Shown: in pieces, positions 25,754-34,747 of the stretch
Layout: every line of letters begins with the position of its first letter
Numbering within the stretch: position 1 is the stretch's first letter
Program-made: the position numbers and the translations under genes
The notes under the pieces: model-generated
The model's database searches: none
The model's input: the letters and a program-made list of their open reading frames with translations, nothing else
What the model was told of the DNA's origin: nothing
Source of the DNA: Candidatus Aenigmatarchaeota archaeon
GTDB lineage: Archaea; Aenigmatarchaeota; Aenigmatarchaeia; CG10238-14; SCSR01
Reading direction: 5' to 3'
DNA length: 61,470 nt
NCBI GenBank assembly: GCA_018304615.1
Contig: JAGVVV010000003.1
Coordinates: forward strand, 1 to 61,470

Positions 25754-28465
25754 ATGAAAAAACTGATAATAGGAATAATTTTTACTTTCATTTTCATTTC
25801 CATAATTTCTTCTGCTTCCTTTGCTCAGTGTGCTGCTTGCGCTAACCAAGTCTGCATAAACGGATGCGGATTATCCAAATGCTGTACAATCTCCTGTACA
25901 GGAACCTGTTCCCAGACTTGCCCGAGCGGATATACTGACCAATGCAGCATCAACGGAGTCTGGGGTTCCTCACCAAACCAATTCACATGCAATCCATCAG
26001 GAACTTACAACCAGTGCAGTTCCACAGGAGGATCATTCCCAACAACTGCTAATGCAACTTACAACGGAGTCTTATGTAGCTCTTTCAGCGGAACTTCCTA
26101 CTACAACAATTATATTAATCCCAACATTTGCATCTCAACTTACTGCACCGGGACCGCTACCCCTTGTTCCTCATTTACTAGTCAAACAGCCTGCCAAGCC
26201 CAGAGCGTTTGTAGTTGGTCCAGTTCTTGCAGCGGTACTTATTCTTGCAGTCAATTCAGTTCTTCGACCTCTTGCACTGCTTATGGATGCACATGGAATA
26301 TAGGTAGGCCGAGGTTAGAAGAAGACCCCTATTGCAGTGGAACTAGTAAATCATGCAGCGGCTTCTCCCAATCCCAATGCACACCAATCGGATGCACATG
26401 GACTTCACAATGCCAAGGAACAGCAACTTCTTGTAACAGCTTCAGCACCCAGACTCCCTGCCAGAATCAGGTGGGATGCAAATGGATTGGTTGCTCAGCA
26501 GATTCTGCATGCAACGGAACTGCTCCCAATTCCCAGATATCCGGTGGTTACTGCGACTCGAACTGCAAATTCAGCATATCAATAGCTTTATCTGCAAACC
26601 CGTCTTCTGTTTCCAATAACCAGCCATCAACAATAACAGCTTCCACCTCTGACATCAAATCTGGAGTTTTAATTTCCCTCACGACAAATCTCGGTTCAGT
26701 CACTCCGACTAGTTGCACTACTAATTCCTCAGGCCAGTGTTCAGTTAGTTTCAGCTCTCCAACTACAGGAACAGCAACAATAACTGGTTCTGCTCCTTCT
26801 CCATATACTTCCGGAACAACTCAAGTGACAATAAGCAACACACTTTCTCTGTCAGCCTTTCCAAAAGTCTTAACTATAAACCGCATATCAACAATAACAG
26901 CTACAACTCCAGACACAAGATCCGGAGTTTCTATCTCATTCGCGACCAACCTCGGTGTTCTCAACCCAACAATTTGCTCAACCAATTCATCAGGTCAGTG
27001 TTCAGTCACCTTAAACTCAACAACAGCTGGAAACGCAACAGTCACAGGATCTGCCTCAGGTTATAATTCCAATTCAACATGGGTCTGGTTTACATCAAGT
27101 GGCTGCACATTCTCGCTAACAATAAATCCCGCTTCTGCCAACTATACCGATACTTCAAATTCTTGGACCATTAATGCAACAGATTCCTCCTCAGCCTCGT
27201 GTCCAACTCCAATTACATATACGATCACAAACACAACTTCAGGAACATGCGCATCCACATCAGCTCCATCTTCAATCACTGTCAACAGGGGGGGTTCGAC
27301 AACCTATCCAGTCTCAGTGACAAGATCAACTTCATCTTGTACTCTCACAACCACTCACAACGATTTGAACCTCAATACAGTTGCCACTGGGAGCTATAGT
27401 GTTAGTTCAATAGTGCCGGCCACATGCGGAAACGGTGTAGTCGATCCTGGAGAGAACTGCTACAACTGTCCTGCCGATTCAGGCTGCTCTTACGGCCAGC
27501 TGTGCTGTCAAGACAATTCATGCCAATCTAATTGTGTGACAAATGGCTGCAACAACAACGGAATCTGCGAACCGACTGAAACTTGCGATTGCGCAGACTG
27601 CTATTACAAGCAAGAAGGATGTTTGCCAGGCGACATGTGTAACCCACTCTCAAACAAATGCGGTTGCATCCCAACTGCTGATGGTATTTGTCCGATTGGA
27701 GATCCTGTCTGCTCCAACCAAGATCCTGACTGCACTGCCAATCTCACTTCAATATATCTCAGAGGAAATAAAGATTATCTGTACATCTATTGGAACGCCA
27801 GCGCCATGTCCCAGCCACCTTCAACTATCGGTTTGGACTGTTTCTTGAACTGCGATCCGACAAAATCCAGCTGCGGCCTGCCATCATGCTCGCAAGTAGT
27901 CTCGCCTTCATCCGGCCTTTGCCAAATCAATAAACCCAATTATCTGTACGACTCAACAAACCAGGTAGCTTGCAGGATGTACAACCAGACCTCCAACTAC
28001 ACCTTCGGATATGCACGCTCATCGTTCAAGCCTTACGACTCTTCACTCGGAGTCTCCTCGTTTGCAGTCACGGTCGGCCAGGATTTTTTCCTTCCTGTCA
28101 CGATCAGAAACACCGGATTATTTTCTGATTCCTTCACAGTCAACATCTCCCAGAACAACCTCCTGTACAATCCAAACCCCGTCCAGACGACAAACTCATC
28201 TCCAGCCGGTCCTATCCTCTTAGGGATGCCGGAGAATGAGAACACACAGTTGCTTTTCAACATGAAAGTCCTGGCATTGACAGGCTCACCGATCGGCCTG
28301 CTTGTCATTGCAAATTCTACTACAAATACAACTCATGGAAACGCTTTATTTGTCCAACTACAGTCAGGATCAGCCAGCCTGCCAGACTTTGACATCTTCG
28401 GAGTCTTCCAACTGATTCTCATCTCTACTCTGATTTTCTCCTACGTAATCCTGAGGAAGAAATAG
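25754..28465 (+). CDS. large Cys-rich cell-surface protein with tandem Ig-like domains and a C-terminal sorting signal
   Basis: Signal peptide; four CxGTx(2-3)CxxF...CxW repeats; two TNLG...CxTNSSGQCSV domains; CGNGVVDPGENC; LPDF + TM + RKK. Confidence 0.85.
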   Translation: MKKLIIGIIFTFIFISIISSASFAQCAACANQVCINGCGLSKCCTISCTGTCSQTCPSGYTDQCSINGVWGSSPNQFTCNPSGTYNQCSSTGGSFPTTANATYNGVLCSSFSGTSYYNNYINPNICISTYCTGTATPCSSFTSQTACQAQSVCSWSSSCSGTYSCSQFSSSTSCTAYGCTWNIGRPRLEEDPYCSGTSKSCSGFSQSQCTPIGCTWTSQCQGTATSCNSFSTQTPCQNQVGCKWIGCSADSACNGTAPNSQISGGYCDSNCKFSISIALSANPSSVSNNQPSTITASTSDIKSGVLISLTTNLGSVTPTSCTTNSSGQCSVSFSSPTTGTATITGSAPSPYTSGTTQVTISNTLSLSAFPKVLTINRISTITATTPDTRSGVSISFATNLGVLNPTICSTNSSGQCSVTLNSTTAGNATVTGSASGYNSNSTWVWFTSSGCTFSLTINPASANYTDTSNSWTINATDSSSASCPTPITYTITNTTSGTCASTSAPSSITVNRGGSTTYPVSVTRSTSSCTLTTTHNDLNLNTVATGSYSVSSIVPATCGNGVVDPGENCYNCPADSGCSYGQLCCQDNSCQSNCVTNGCNNNGICEPTETCDCADCYYKQEGCLPGDMCNPLSNKCGCIPTADGICPIGDPVCSNQDPDCTANLTSIYLRGNKDYLYIYWNASAMSQPPSTIGLDCFLNCDPTKSSCGLPSCSQVVSPSSGLCQINKPNYLYDSTNQVACRMYNQTSNYTFGYARSSFKPYDSSLGVSSFAVTVGQDFFLPVTIRNTGLFSDSFTVNISQNNLLYNPNPVQTTNSSPAGPILLGMPENENTQLLFNMKVLALTGSPIGLLVIANSTTNTTHGNALFVQLQSGSASLPDFDIFGVFQLILISTLIFSYVILRKK

Positions 28466-28500
28466 GCTTTTTATTGATTAGCAGTGAAAGAATATTCTAT

Positions 28501-28586
28501 GGGCTCATAGTCTAGTGGTAGGACGTGGCGCTTTCAAATACGGCGCATACAACGCCAGAACAGGAGTTCGATTCTCCTTGAGCCCA
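28501..28586 (+). tRNA. tRNA-Val(UAC) with a 15-nt intron at position 34/35 (28534-28548)
   Basis: Acceptor GGGCTCA/TGAGCCC, discriminator A, T-loop TTCGATT; BHB with central helix GCGC 28528-31/28543-46 and bulges TTT and ATA; spliced loop CT-TAC-AA. Confidence 0.88.
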
Positions 28587-28612
28587 CTTTACCACGCGAT
28601 TCAGTTCCAAAT

Positions 28613-28645
28613 CTTTAAATACTTCTATTATAATAAATTATAATA
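28613..28645 (+). promoter_or_regulatory. TATA box and palindromic operator of the second AbrB/VapC pair
   Basis: CTTTAAATACTT 28613-28624; TATTATAA-TAAA-TTATAATA 28626-28645. Confidence 0.55.
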
Positions 28646-28656
28646 CGTGATGAAAA

Positions 28657-28878
28657 ATGTCCCAAATGTTCAAAGCTAAAGTGAGAAAAGTAGGGACTTC
28701 TCTAGGAGTTTTGATTCCGAAAGATTTTGCCCAAAAAGAGAAAATAAAAGAAGGGGAAGAAATTGAAGTCGGCGTTCTGAAAAAAAGGAACATAGAGGAT
28801 GTATTGAGACTGGTTGGAGCGATCAAAGGTTCTAGACCTTTTGTAAGAGATAGAACCGATCGGGTAGATAGATACTAA
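28657..28878 (+). CDS. AbrB/MazE family antitoxin
   Basis: KVRKVGTSLGVLIPK...IKEGEEIEV. Confidence 0.88.
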   Translation: MSQMFKAKVRKVGTSLGVLIPKDFAQKEKIKEGEEIEVGVLKKRNIEDVLRLVGAIKGSRPFVRDRTDRVDRY

Positions 28879-29255
28879 TGTTATTCGACACTTCGGCATG
28901 GTTAGAATTGTTCCAAGAATCAGAAAAGTCTAAAAAAATAGAGGATATCTTGAAAAAAGAAGAAAATTTTACTAGCATTGTAACTTTTGCAGAAATTATC
29001 AACTGGTGCCTGAAAAATAACTATGAGAATAAAATAAGTTCTTTCATCGATGGAATAAAAAAAGGTTCGAAAATTCTCATTTTGGATGAATCAATGACCA
29101 TTGCTGCTGGAAAAGTAAACTATGAACGAAAAAAAATTATAAGGAATTGGGGAATGATCGATTCATTTATTCTCACTACTGCATTGTTCTACAATTTAGA
29201 AATTTTGACTGGCGATTCCCATTTCAAAGATTTACCTATTGTTAGATTGATTTAG
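28878..29255 (+). CDS. vapC: PIN-domain VapC toxin
   Basis: LFDTSAW, TFAEI, WGMIDS, ILTGDSHFKDL. Confidence 0.9.
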   Translation: MLFDTSAWLELFQESEKSKKIEDILKKEENFTSIVTFAEIINWCLKNNYENKISSFIDGIKKGSKILILDESMTIAAGKVNYERKKIIRNWGMIDSFILTTALFYNLEILTGDSHFKDLPIVRLI

Positions 29256-29260
29256 TTTTT

Positions 29261-29644
29261 ATGACAATAGAAGAAACTTTCGGAAGAACTGTCAACATCT
29301 CAATCAATAAAGGAATGAACGAATCTCTGAAATTTTTGAAAATCTCCAACACAAAATTAGAGGAGACAATAAGAAAGAAGAAGAAAATCATAGAAGATAA
29401 GAGTTATGATCTCCTCATAGATTACAAGCCGAAGATCAACCACCTCTATCTATATCTCTCTCCGAAAAAATCCAGCAAGAAGACTCTGAAAACTCTAAAG
29501 CCAAATTCACTTGAATTCAAATCTTTGGTTATACTTATCGGAAGCATCCTCCTGTTCGGAAAAAGAACTGAAGTGAGACTGGGAGCTATCGGTCCGACTT
29601 CCTCAGAACTGGCAAGAGCAGTGATAGAACACAAAAAGGTTTAA
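29261..29644 (+). CDS. hypothetical Lys-rich protein
   Basis: 127-aa ORF 5 nt after vapC; no motif recognised. Confidence 0.5.
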   Translation: MTIEETFGRTVNISINKGMNESLKFLKISNTKLEETIRKKKKIIEDKSYDLLIDYKPKINHLYLYLSPKKSSKKTLKTLKPNSLEFKSLVILIGSILLFGKRTEVRLGAIGPTSSELARAVIEHKKV

Positions 29645-29668
29645 TTTTATTCCCACATCTTAAATTAG

Positions 29669-30937
29669 ATGCAACTCACGCAGCAATACGTGGCTTCTAG
29701 ACATATATCAAACTCCGTTATTCGTCATTTGGATCAAGAGATCTTATCTCAATGTAATCCTGAATTAGACGATTATTTAGCATTCAAAGATTATTTCATA
29801 GGAGCAGGTCATGATTTTGATTGGCTCATCACAAAAAGGTATGAAGAGCCTCTGGCCGAGACCTGGCTGATAATATTATTCGGAAAACCTCTAATGGAAA
29901 AAATTACAGCACCCTTAAAAGATGTTAGACGTGGGTATGTTTTGATTCCGGTTTCAAAATATTTGAATAATTTCTATGAAGCGGCAAAGTCTAAAGGAAT
30001 AACGTACCGAGACAGCCAGGAAGCTGGTGCTGAGGCAGCCTTAAAGGTTCCAGTAGTAGACGGGACATGGGATTATTTTGTTTGGTTGTACCATCTGAGA
30101 AAGAAACCTTTTGTTGTTTCTACCTCACCTAAAGAAGCACTAGATGCCTCTGCAAAATTGAAACTAGGCATTCCTACAAACGATGTAGCTGGATCAAGAT
30201 ATTTCAAAAAAATTAACGGTCAGTATGCTTTGACATGTAACATGGATGATATGTGTATCGCAGAAGGGAAAACAAGGGAATACACAAGACTTAGAGGAGC
30301 AACAACTCATGCTTATCTCCGCTATATTTTCACAGACGATCTAATTTGGGATGAAAACTGGATCAGAGATGCTGGATACGGATTGGTTGGAATTGCTGAA
30401 GAAAATGAAAGTAGGATAGCCTTGGCCCAAATAGGCAAATATGAATGCCCTGCTCGCTTTTTTGTTGTAGTCCCCGAAGCCAGACAAAATATAAACGCTT
30501 TCAGAAGACCGATACTGTCATGCGACTTAGGGCACTTCAAAGCATCACTAAAAGACCCATCTGCAACTTTGAGGATGAGGGAAGCATCAATGGAAGTTGA
30601 AGATGCTTTCAGAAATTGCCTCACGGCAGACGAATCTGATTTTGTTTTTAGAAAGCAGGTAACAATTAAAAAATTCCAAAAGTTTTTATCTGAATATAGA
30701 GTTCCTCTAGGAAAAGAAGAAATCTCTTTATTTCCAATTCTAAGAACTGGAATTTTGAACCTAGTATCCAAATTCACTTCTTCAGAAAGCCTATCAGATT
30801 CGAAAGAACTTTCAAAAGAATTTCTTAAAAGATTTAGGGCGAATAACTTTGAAATAAGCATGAAAGAGGCACACAGAGTTGAAATTGAAGAACTTGCAGC
30901 CATTCTTGAAAAAAATCCAGAACTCAGGTGGGATTAA
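29669..30937 (+). CDS. hypothetical protein, possibly HAD-like
   Basis: 422-aa ORF; PVVDG...FVVSTSP...LGIP resembles a HAD motif II region, but no DxD motif I was seen. Confidence 0.55.
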   Translation: MQLTQQYVASRHISNSVIRHLDQEILSQCNPELDDYLAFKDYFIGAGHDFDWLITKRYEEPLAETWLIILFGKPLMEKITAPLKDVRRGYVLIPVSKYLNNFYEAAKSKGITYRDSQEAGAEAALKVPVVDGTWDYFVWLYHLRKKPFVVSTSPKEALDASAKLKLGIPTNDVAGSRYFKKINGQYALTCNMDDMCIAEGKTREYTRLRGATTHAYLRYIFTDDLIWDENWIRDAGYGLVGIAEENESRIALAQIGKYECPARFFVVVPEARQNINAFRRPILSCDLGHFKASLKDPSATLRMREASMEVEDAFRNCLTADESDFVFRKQVTIKKFQKFLSEYRVPLGKEEISLFPILRTGILNLVSKFTSSESLSDSKELSKEFLKRFRANNFEISMKEAHRVEIEELAAILEKNPELRWD

Positions 30938-31725
30938 GATGCATACTTGCTTAATACTTCCTTCAATAATCTCCTGTCCATTTCTTTTTTATCGAGCCAG
31001 CCCTCTACAGCGTCAGCAAGTTCTGTAACTTTGTCAAATGCAGCTGGATAACTTCTAACTTGTTTGAATCCCAAGTCATTAAGCATGATTGAAGTTCCAA
31101 CAAATAAATGCATTAAGCTCTCATCAACGTCTCCATATTGTTTAAACAAATCATGAGCTTCCTCTACAAAACGCTTGACAGTTGAGGCGGGTTGCCACAT
31201 TGCTGAATAGTATACAGCACTTGCTGTAAGTGATGATGTGAATTCTACCTGCTTTGGCACGGTAATAATTTGTTGTGGGGATATAAGCAATGACTCAATT
31301 TCTGGTGATCTTTTTTCTTGCATTTCTTTAGGGACTTGGATTGTAATTTCTATCGGGGCTGGAGCTATCACAACAGGTGAGTCTCGATCTATCACTACAT
31401 GTGGCACTAGCTCCAAACTTTTTTCCAAATCCCATAAATAAATTTTTGATTCTATTCGAAGGTCAAGCACTGCTTGTTCGTATCTATCATCAGTAGGTGC
31501 ATTTAAATGGAATCTCTCCAAGTAATCTTGTAGTGTATGTACTGCTTTCTTAATTTCTGGGTATACTAGAAATTTATCATATAAATAATCTTTTCTTTTT
31601 ATTTCCTGGTGTGACCATATCATCTGTCTAACTGCGTCCTCTTTTCCCAGTCGTCCTGGCCCATCAATAAATACTGGTCCGAGTTCGATTTTAGTTCCTG
31701 AAAAGGGTATTGTTGGAACATACAT
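30934..31725 (-). CDS. hypothetical protein
   Basis: 263-aa ORF; frame stays open 42 codons upstream of the ATG. Confidence 0.6.
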   Translation of the reverse strand: MYVPTIPFSGTKIELGPVFIDGPGRLGKEDAVRQMIWSHQEIKRKDYLYDKFLVYPEIKKAVHTLQDYLERFHLNAPTDDRYEQAVLDLRIESKIYLWDLEKSLELVPHVVIDRDSPVVIAPAPIEITIQVPKEMQEKRSPEIESLLISPQQIITVPKQVEFTSSLTASAVYYSAMWQPASTVKRFVEEAHDLFKQYGDVDESLMHLFVGTSIMLNDLGFKQVRSYPAAFDKVTELADAVEGWLDKKEMDRRLLKEVLSKYAS

Positions 31726-31861
31726 AGGTTTGAAGTTCGGAGTTCCCGCTTCAATATATTTGATGGCAGCTCTCCAGTATGCAATCGCAGTTAAAATCTC
31801 TGCTTTTAATAACGCCCTTTTTAGTTCTGGTCTAATAAAATTATTCTTATTTTAAAAGTAT

Positions 31862-32914
31862 TCATACTTTAGAAATTACTCTAGTTCTACCCCTGATTCC
31901 CCACTTTCTATATCTGGCATGTAGAAGTTTTATTTCTATCAGATGGTTCAAAATGTCCCTGAAACCTCTTTCAGTTATTTTGTCTTCGCTCATTCTCAAA
32001 TATTCTTCATATAATTCGCCTGATTTCAAATTCCTTTTTCCTTCGACTATTTTGAGAATAATTTTCTCCTTCTCATTTATTTTTTCCTCAAGAATCTTCG
32101 GCTTCACTTTTCCTATAGACGGAAGAACATATTTCACGTGTTCTACTTTCAATTTTAGAGAATTATCTTTCTCAGCCAGTCTTCCGGCTTTCATCAAGCA
32201 TTCAAGACCAGTCCTCACATCCCCACCATTAACAATCGCATGATTGGCACAAAGGAAAACAACCCCATCTTCAATAACTCCTGCATGGAAAGCCTCCCTG
32301 CCCCTAGCAGTCAAAATATTCTTCATCTCATCTAGTGTATACGGCTTGAACTCAACTTCATCCACATCAGCGCTACTCTTCACCCTCGGTTCCAAATCCA
32401 AAAACAAGTCGGCAAAATTCGAGATGAAAACAACTCCGACAGGATTGGATATGTATTGATTGATCCTGAACAAATCGTAAAGAGAATTCTTATCTTTGAT
32501 TTGATCTGCCTCGTCCAGACAAATCACCAAACCTTTCCTGTTTTTCTTGCAGGCTTCCACGAACTTCTCCATGACTTCGTCTTTTGCCATCCCCTTCCTC
32601 GCAACAAAGATTCCCATCCCCACAGACAGTTTGGTAAGGATAGAATGGATTGTTCTATAGTCCCAGCAGTTGACATAGAAAGTCTTCACTCCAGAATATT
32701 CTTCGAACTGCCTGAACACATGCTTCACCGACGCAGTCTTCCCAATTCCTGGAGTCCCATAAACGAATGTGTTCTGGGGCTTTCTTCCGTGGGCTGCAGG
32801 GCGAAGGTTGCCGGCAAGAATCTCTATCTGGCTCTCCCTGTGCGGAAGTACTTCTGGAAGAAATTCAGTTGACAAAACCTTCTCGTTCTTGAAAATCCTT
32901 GATTCAGAAATCAT
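31862..32914 (-). CDS. cdc6: Orc1/Cdc6 family AAA+ ATPase
   Basis: FLPEVLPHRE, GTPGIGKT, YVNCW, CLDEAD, FKPYT, GGDVR, C-terminal winged helix GIRGRTR. Confidence 0.93.
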   Translation of the reverse strand: MISESRIFKNEKVLSTEFLPEVLPHRESQIEILAGNLRPAAHGRKPQNTFVYGTPGIGKTASVKHVFRQFEEYSGVKTFYVNCWDYRTIHSILTKLSVGMGIFVARKGMAKDEVMEKFVEACKKNRKGLVICLDEADQIKDKNSLYDLFRINQYISNPVGVVFISNFADLFLDLEPRVKSSADVDEVEFKPYTLDEMKNILTARGREAFHAGVIEDGVVFLCANHAIVNGGDVRTGLECLMKAGRLAEKDNSLKLKVEHVKYVLPSIGKVKPKILEEKINEKEKIILKIVEGKRNLKSGELYEEYLRMSEDKITERGFRDILNHLIEIKLLHARYRKWGIRGRTRVISKV

Positions 32915-32931
32915 CATAATTATGATTGTGT

Positions 32932-33639
32932 TCAATCTTTAAGTTTATAATACAGCCTTCGATTGTTCTTCCCCTTGTTCTCCAAACGAGTGAGTTCTAT
33001 CTCTCCTATCTCCTTCAAGGAATTCACATGGCATCCACCGTCAGGCTGCCTGTCAAATCCCACTATATCAACTATTCTCAATTCTGGGACATTCGGAGGA
33101 AGAACATCAGCAAGTTTTACCATAGATGGATCTGCTAGAGCTTCTTCTCTTTTCATGGAGTAGATTTTTATCTGCAAATCTTTTTCAACCAATTCGTTTG
33201 CCTTCTTACAAAAACTATCTATCAAATTTCTGTCAAAGTTATCCATGTTGAAATCCATTCTAGATTCGTCAACATCAATCTGATTCCCGGTAATCTGGAT
33301 TTTTGCTTCGTGAAAGAACACTCCACTCAATAAATGGGCTGTTGTGTGCATCCTCATGAGCTTGTATCTTCTCTCCCAGTCCAAAACACCGTGAACAGAA
33401 TCTCCAACTTTCAAACTGCCCCCTTTGATTTCATGCCAAACTTTTCCAGAATTTTTCATAACATTAATCACAGTGAATTCTTTTCCATTAGAAATTAATT
33501 TTCCAGTGTCGTGCATCACTCCTCCACCAGTCGGATAGAAAGCAGTCTTATCTAATTCAACAGAATTCCCATTAACGGAAACCTCTTTCGCGTCAAATTC
33601 TGTAAGATAGCAGTCTTTCATGAAGAGCAGTTCTGTCAT
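32932..33639 (-). CDS. alaX: AlaX-M alanyl-tRNA editing protein
   Basis: LDKTAFYPTGGG, LMRMHTTAHLL (HxxxH), DGGCHV (CxxxH region); start at MTELLF. Confidence 0.9.
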   Translation of the reverse strand: MTELLFMKDCYLTEFDAKEVSVNGNSVELDKTAFYPTGGGVMHDTGKLISNGKEFTVINVMKNSGKVWHEIKGGSLKVGDSVHGVLDWERRYKLMRMHTTAHLLSGVFFHEAKIQITGNQIDVDESRMDFNMDNFDRNLIDSFCKKANELVEKDLQIKIYSMKREEALADPSMVKLADVLPPNVPELRIVDIVGFDRQPDGGCHVNSLKEIGEIELTRLENKGKNNRRLYYKLKD

Positions 33640-33643
33640 ATCA

Positions 33644-34747
33644 TCACAAAAGACTTCCGTCGTCTCCAACTATCAAATCAACAGGTCTGCCTGTAACTGT
33701 GAAATTTTTTAACCAGCCAGTTGCAAAATCTTCAATATTTTTAGGAACTCCGTCTTCCATATGAATTCTCACAATTTTGTATCCAGTCGGAATGTTTCTG
33801 TTCCATGAACCGTGGAAAGCTACAAACAGATTTCCCTGATATTCTTCCGGAAAATTGTTCCCATTATAGAAAGTCAAACCTAAGGGTGCAGAATGTGCCT
33901 GCATCTCAAAAACTGGAGGTTCTGTATCTTCACATGGATTTCTAATGTAAACATTCTTGTCAAAATCTGTATCATGAATTCTATTTCCATAACAAACTGG
34001 CCAGCCGTAGTTCTTTCCTTCTCTTATTATGTTGATTTCTTCTGGCGGAACATCCTCTCCTATCATGTCTCTTCCATTATCAGTAGCCCACAACTTCCCA
34101 TCGTAGAAAATCATTCCCACAGAATTCCTCAAACCTTTTGCGATCACTAGACAAGTTTTGTTTTCAATACTGCATGCAGAAATTGCAGCCCTTCTTTCGT
34201 CTTCCTCGTAACAGACATTGCAGCTTGACCCTATACTCAAATAAAGAGTATCATTGCTAATTCTAATCGTTCTGGTAATATGACCTCCAGAAGGTAGGTT
34301 GTCAAAAAGAACTTCCAAAGTATTCTTATCAGCCTTCAATCCTTCAAGTTTGAATCTCGAAATCCTGTTTTCTTCTGCAACATAAAACCAACCATCAGAA
34401 AAAACTATTCCATGTGGATTCCTCAATCCTTCAATCACCGTTACTGCTCCATCTGCTTTACCGTTCCCATCTTTGTCTGGAAGAGCCACTACTTTCCCTT
34501 GTCGCATCAGCGAAGTAAACAAAACACCATCTTTTATTTCCAGAAATCTCGGCCCGTCATTCGGTCCTGGATACGAAGCAGGGCTTGCTGATAATCCTTC
34601 GGCAAAAACTTCAATCTTGAATCCAGGTGGGACTTTTATCTCACTTGCATTTTGTTCCACTCTTGGTCTTATTCCTAATTGGAAATATCCAAAAACAAAA
34701 ACCGCCAAAATAATTAGAAGGAAAATAATAATCCTTAATTTCTTCAT
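33644..34747 (-). CDS. PQQ-dependent sugar/sorbosone dehydrogenase family, apparently C-terminally truncated
   Basis: GGHITR, SIGSSCN, GLRNSVG, NYGWP, AHSAPLGL, AFHGSWNR, GRPVD; stops at DGSLL. Confidence 0.85.
   Translation of the reverse strand: MKKLRIIIFLLIILAVFVFGYFQLGIRPRVEQNASEIKVPPGFKIEVFAEGLSASPASYPGPNDGPRFLEIKDGVLFTSLMRQGKVVALPDKDGNGKADGAVTVIEGLRNPHGIVFSDGWFYVAEENRISRFKLEGLKADKNTLEVLFDNLPSGGHITRTIRISNDTLYLSIGSSCNVCYEEDERRAAISACSIENKTCLVIAKGLRNSVGMIFYDGKLWATDNGRDMIGEDVPPEEINIIREGKNYGWPVCYGNRIHDTDFDKNVYIRNPCEDTEPPVFEMQAHSAPLGLTFYNGNNFPEEYQGNLFVAFHGSWNRNIPTGYKIVRIHMEDGVPKNIEDFATGWLKNFTVTGRPVDLIVGDDGSLL

Noticed and set aside
28501-28586. tRNA-Glu(UUC) with a canonical 37/38 intron (28537-28551)
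   Set aside because: No BHB forms for that cut (C32-U35 has no partner in the intron), while a clean BHB exists for 34/35 giving Val(UAC)
28560-31860. Integrated element at tRNA-Val with an attR copy
   Set aside because: No duplicate of the tRNA 3' end was found; the 10-bp GAGTTCGATT at 31681 is inside a CDS and consistent with chance; no integrase
31726-31860. Replication origin next to cdc6
   Set aside because: The flanking intergenic space is short or absent and no repeated ORB-like boxes (G-string motifs) were seen
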